In this document: one piece after another, positions 58,438-64,000 of the stretch | How positions within the stretch are numbered: the stretch's first letter is position 1 | Layout of the letters: the number at the start of each line of letters is the position of its first letter | Assembly: GCA_964016885.1 (NCBI GenBank) | Contig: OZ024740.1 | Location: 65,968,001 to 66,032,000 of the forward strand | Direction of reading: 5' to 3' | Origin: Eledone cirrhosa | Lineage: Eukaryota | DNA: 64,000 bases | Notes under the pieces: model-generated | What the model saw: only the letters and a program-made list of their open reading frames with translations | Database searches by the model: none | What the model was told of the DNA's origin: nothing | Position numbers and translations under genes: made by a program

Positions 58438-58441
<4 letters not shown>
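56537..58441. mobile_element. 466-bp tandem HHR array (retrozyme-like) with inverted arm
   Basis: About 3 near-identical units, then an inverted stretch of about 1.1 units from 57915. HHR at 56841, 57307, 57775 (-) and 58157-58197 (+). Confidence 0.85.
58157..58197 (+). ncRNA. Type I minimal HHR
   Basis: cggtg-CTGATGA-tagct(aaca)agctt-GAAA-ctag-TA-catcg. Confidence 0.8.
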
Positions 58442-58497
<56 letters not shown>

Positions 58498-58520
58498 TAT
58501 ATATATATATATATATATAT

Positions 58521-59690
58521 ATCATAAAACATGTCTATAGAATCACAAAATAAAATATATACTATTTCCTCTCCCAATTAGCATAATTAACTATATAAAA
58601 AATCGAATAGACCAGGCTATACGAATGAGGCTTCTATGAAGGAATCTTCAACAAATAACGAAAACTAGCGCTTCGCGTCGGCCGTAGTGGAATATTTATC
58701 GAATATTTCGACAGCGTAATCGCCTAGATACAGTCAACTAAGCAGAATTAGGTTTAAAATAAACTAGGAGAAAATAGAATACACTTAAATACCTCTACCA
58801 TGGTTTCGTCCGTGTTTTGAGTTATCCAATAATTATGTAATAATTATATAAACTCGTGCGCCGGATTCTTCAGGAAGCTCGCTCATATCTAGACATTAAA
58901 TTTTCCAAAACGATCGCGCCAAGAATTCATTTCAAAATGGCTAAAAATCGTGACATAGTCGCGGTCAAGTTGGAAGGGGTGTGGTAGTAGCTTACGACTG
59001 GTGGCATTTTTGCTAGAAAGCACTGCACAATACAGCCAAATTTGTATCTCAACCTAGTGAGAGATTATTACATATAAAAGTTTACATATATATATACATA
59101 CACATACATATACGTGTTTTGCAACTGGTCACTTTTTGGCTCAATGAAACATTAATAAATTAAACAATCAGAGCTATATATCATAAAACATGTCTATAGA
59201 ATCACAAGATAAAATATATACTATTTCCTCTCCCAATTAGCATAATTAACTATATAAAAAATCGAATAGACCAGGCTATACGAATGATGCTTCTATGAAG
59301 GAATCTCCAACAAATAACCAAAACTAGCGCTTCGCGTCGGCCGTAGTGGAATATTTATCGAATATTTCGACAGCGTAATCGCCTAGATACAGTCAACTAA
59401 GCAGAATTAGGTTTAAAATAAACTAGGAGAAAATAGAATACACTTAAATACCTTTACCATGGTTTCGTCCGTGTTTTGAGTTATTCAATAATTATGTAAT
59501 AATTATATAAACTCGAGCGCCGGATTCTTCAGGAAGCTCGCTCATATCTAGACATTAAATTATCCAAAACGATCGAACCAAGATTTCATTTCAAAATGGC
59601 TAAAAATCGTGACGTAGTCGCGGTCAAGTTGGAAGGGGTATGGTAGTTGCTTACGACTGGTGGCATTTTAGCTAGAAAGCACAGCATATA
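58521..59690 (-). mobile_element. 659-bp tandem HHR family C (about 1.8 units)
   Basis: Unit restarts at 59180. gcttc-CTGAAGA-atccg...cggac-GAAA-ccatgg-TA-gaggt at 58791-58878, with a near-identical copy at 59450-59537. Confidence 0.8.
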
Positions 59691-59712
59691 TATACATATT
59701 TTTTGGCCTCCA

Positions 59713-62700
59713 AATTCTATCATGGCAATTTGTGGAAGGAAGGGGTAGATGTACCTGACAGAAGAAGAAAGAGGGAGAGAGAGTGGAGGAAACCAGTCGT
59801 GCGTTGATAGTGCCGACTACAGCAGGATCCTAAGGGCAGGAGGTCAAGCAAGTATACTAGGGAGGGGGAGGGGGAAGAAGTCGAAACAATAAGTAAATCC
59901 ATATGGAGTAAATATATGGAAGAATACCAAAAATGTCAAAAATATAAAAAATAATTTCTGGTTACTATTCCCTAACCACAATCATCAAGTCGCTCACTGG
60001 TACTGCTAAACTATAGAAAAGTTTACTAGGTGGGACGGAATTGTAGTGGGACAATTTATGAGTTAGTAGTAATCAATCGAGTGTATCTTACAGTGACAAG
60101 TCAACAAGTGGGGGGCCAAAATACTAAAGAATCTACTACGAAATAATAATTCAGAGTCCCGAAACTAATACTAAATAATTGTTTCTACCCTAAGCACAAG
60201 GCCAGCAATTACCCAGTGCAACACATAAACTAATACGAAATAATAATTCAGAATCCCGAAAATGAATACTAATACTCTCTCTAAGGGTGCCGCTACGATA
60301 CAAACATTCTAGTACAAACTACATAAATGCTCGTACGATATATATGAAAAAATTTGATACGGAAAATTAATTCAGAATCCCCTGATCCGAGTAAACTTCC
60401 TAGACGTTACCCTTGACCTCGATAATGATCTGTACTACCCATACAGGAAACCCAACGTCAACCTGGTCAAACCATCCTAGGAACATCACCAACAACCTGG
60501 TTAAAAACATCTCCCTCCGCATATCTCGTTTGTCCGCTAATGAGCAGATATTCGAGGAACATGCGCCTTATTACAACCTGGCCCTCAAGCGGAGTGGCTT
60601 CCGGGAGGAAATATCCTACTGTCCAGCTTCCATTAGCGGAACCAGCAGGCGGCACCGCCGCTAACGCAATGTAACATGGTTTAATCCACCCCACAATGCC
60701 GAGGTGAAAACTCCTATCGGGAAAATCTTCGTTAGGCTCATCGAAAAACACTTCCTACTACAACACCGCTACCACAACATAATCAACAAAAATACTATCA
60801 AACTCTCCTACAGCACCACACCTAACTTTGCACAAAACATCGTCTCCTCTAACAACAAAAAACTCACCCTCTATGGAAGAAATAAACTATATAGTAGTGG
60901 AGAGCCGACTAGGAGGTGCAACTGTCCTGATGGACCCATTTGCCCCCTCGACAACAGATGCCGAGATCGTAATGTGATCTACCAGTGCAACGTGAGGACG
61001 GACACCTCCAACAAAGCTTATATAGGATTAACCGCATGTGACTTCAATACACGGCTATACCAACACAGACATACTTTCCGAAACCCGGCCCGGCGTCACG
61101 CCACCACACTTTCGGGCCACATCTGGGACCTCAAAGATAACAATATTACCTATGATCTCACTTGGAGCTTACTGTCCAGAGCCAACTCTTACACGGGAGG
61201 ACGCCGTCCGTGCAATTTATGCTCGGAGGACACTTTACAAATGCTGTTTTCGACGGACCAACTCCTAAACAAGAAAGACGAACTGGTAACTGCATGCAAA
61301 CACAGATTGCGTAGGACTTACCTCGCCCTCAAACCCTATAATGACCCGGGGGAAGTAGACAAGGGGTGTAACACCCCACTTGCCGACTTTGTAATGGGTA
61401 ACCCCTGCTTGCAAAGGTAGACGTAAGATTTTCTTTCATATCTTTTTATCGTTTCCTCTATATTTCCTTCTTACCCCATCACTTCCTAGTCCTCCCACCC
61501 CAGTCCTCCTTCTTTGTCGTCGTCCTTGTCACTTTCTCGCCCACCCCGAGGCAGCCCCTCGGTCCTGTGTAGATCAGTACCCCCACCCCATCCCCTATTC
61601 TATGATAGAATTGGCCGACTCCGCTTTTTATAGCAGATGTTATAGAGACCCAGATACTTGCTTTCTTATCCGATGGCTGCCTCATTTCCGTGCTTTCTAC
61701 ATCTCTTAGTGGTATCTCTGCTTTAGTTTCTCGTATATCAGTATTTATATTTGAGGGGTTGGGGGCGGGGGGGGGGGGGGTTCTGAATTAATTTTCCGTA
61801 TCAAATTGTTCATATATATCTTACGAGCATTTATGTACTTTCTACTAGAATTTTTGTATCGTAGCGGCAACCTTAGAGATAGTATTAGTATTCATTTTCG
61901 GGATTCTGAATTATTATTTCGTATTAGTTTATGTGTTGCACTGGCTAATTGCTGGCCTTGTGCCTAGGGTAGAAACAATTATTTCGTATTAGTTTCGGGA
62001 CTCTGAATTATTATTTCGTGGTAGTTTCTTTAGTATTTCGGCCCCTCACTTGTTGACCTGTAACTGCAAGTTATACTCGGTTGATTACTACTAACTCATA
62101 AAATTGTCCCACTACAATTCCGTCCCACCTAGTAAACTTTTCTATAGTTTAGCAGTACCAGTGAGAGACTTGATGATTGTGGTTAGGGAATAGTAACCAG
62201 AAATTCTTTTTTTATATTTTTAACATTCTTGGTATTCTTCCATATATTTACTCCATATGGATTTACTTATTGTTTCGATTTCCTACCCCTCCCCTTCCCT
62301 AGTATGCTAACTTGACCTCCTGCCCTTATGATCCTGCTGTAGTTGGCACTATCAACGCACGACTGGTTTTCTCCACTCCCTCTCCCTCTTTCTTCTACTG
62401 GCAGGTTCATCTACCCCATCCTTCCACAAATTGCCATGATAGAATTATGTGTCTCAACAACAAATTGTTGACCAATCCTTGTGACAAACACTTTTACCAT
62501 ATATGGAACTAACCCCTGAGAAGGTCGGCTATTCATATACCAGGGTAAACATTTTCATTTAGTGCAGAATTAGACGTCGAAACGGCTTGAGCTCAGCCGT
62601 CTGGTTCCTACTCGTTCCTATTACCCACTCTACTGCCCTAAGTATTGAGTACTTTGCTGCGTTATGTTCCACCTGGTTCCTTACCACATTTCCTTCGTTA
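59713..62700 (+). mobile_element. PLE-4: truncated Naiad-like element with diverged inverted arm
   Basis: 59713-60382 is inverted at about 61775-62446. The + copy continues into the family-B HHR terminus and (TA)n at 62700. Confidence 0.85.
60385..61420 (+). pseudogene. PLE RT thumb + GIY-YIG remnant
   Basis: VNFLDVTL, SNHPRNI, WFNPP, IKLSYSTTPN, CNCPDGPICP, YIGLTACDFNTRLYQH, CNLCSED, LLNKKDE, CKH; TAA at 60662. Confidence 0.85.
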
Positions 62701-62744
62701 TATATATATATATATACTATATATATTATATATATATATAATAA

Positions 62745-62841
<97 letters not shown>

Positions 62842-62844
62842 TTT

Positions 62845-62947
<103 letters not shown>

Positions 62948-62949
62948 GT

Positions 62950-63113
62950 ATAGTTTTAATATAGATGAGATTCTACAGGACTAGAACTGTTTCATTCTTT
63001 AGAAATCATCAGGATTAGTCCTGTAGAATCTCATCTATATTAAAACTTTTATACTCTGCTATGTATTGAGTACCTTACTTACTGTGGTTACCTCCGGTTC
63101 AACCCGGAATAAC

Positions 63114-63115
<2 letters not shown>
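62950..63115. mobile_element. Minimal palindromic HHR element (relative of 33744)
   Basis: Minus strand CTGATGA-tttc(taaa)gaat-GAAA-cagttctagtcctg-TA-gaatc. Shares the tail tgtattgagtaccttacttactgtggtta...tcaacccgg. Confidence 0.7.
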
Positions 63116-63195
<80 letters not shown>

Positions 63196-63310
63196 TGTTA
63201 CATATATATATATACATTGTTCCCGCGGTCCGATTTAACGAAAGTCGATCGTTCCTTAAAAAAATATATTATAAATATATAATATATATATATATATTTT
63301 ATAAATATAT

Positions 63311-63372
<62 letters not shown>

Positions 63373-63495
63373 TTATATATAAATATTATAAATATATTAT
63401 ATATATGTATATATATATATTATGTATATATATATATTATTTATATATAAATATATATATATTATCTCTCTCTATATATATACATATATATTCTT

Positions 63496-63554
<59 letters not shown>

Positions 63555-63609
63555 CTATATATGTATATATATATTATCTATATATATACATATATATTAT
63601 GTATATATA

Positions 63610-63664
<55 letters not shown>

Positions 63665-64000
63665 TATATACGATTTCACAGAGTTTATATTCATAGAGAT
63701 CTGGGACTTGTCTATTTCTACTCACTTTCCGTTGCTAAAACTTTTTTGTTGTTACTCTGGCGTCCCCCTTTATTTACGTGTCCCAACGACTTTTCTTAGC
63801 CGTTGTTCGCACCAACCCGAGGCATATGGCCCTTAAAGCGATGAAATGCCCAGGACGGTTGGAGGGTCACTGATGAAGGACTCACTTTTTCATATGTATC
63901 CCATTTGCAACGCCGCAGCTCCATTATTATCATATTTACACATATATTTTTTCCATGCTGCCTTTCGTGTTTCGTTTGTATCTTTACCCCTTCTAGCAGT

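Noticed and set aside
56537-59690. CRISPR array or simple satellite
   Set aside because: Eukaryotic context, no short repeat-unique spacer pattern, and the units are dispersed and carry HHR motifs.
63840-63890. CTGATGA near 63870 as a hammerhead
   Set aside because: No convincing stems or correctly placed GAAA could be built.

Overview
This is AT-rich, microsatellite-dense animal (metazoan) DNA; the SINE style suggests an octopus-like cephalopod, which is an inference. No host gene is recognisable, and most ORF-track entries are translations of (TA)n/(CA)n tracts. The window is dominated by retroelements: four Penelope-like elements (PLEs) encoding RT plus a C-terminal GIY-YIG endonuclease with Naiad-type Cys motifs, two further PLE endonuclease remnants, CR1/L2-, RTE- and R4-like LINE relics, and tRNA-derived SINEs. 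The main signal is that about a dozen unrelated repeat families each carry a type I hammerhead ribozyme (HHR) motif, often with a palindromic stem III. About 16 insertions are head-to-head inverted pairs whose two 3' ends both run into (TA)n. In almost every pair one arm ends about 57-92 nt further 3' than the other. Non-coding tandem families (466 bp, 659 bp, about 423 bp) carry one HHR per unit and look like retrozymes. All coordinates and folds were read by hand and are approximate to a few nt.
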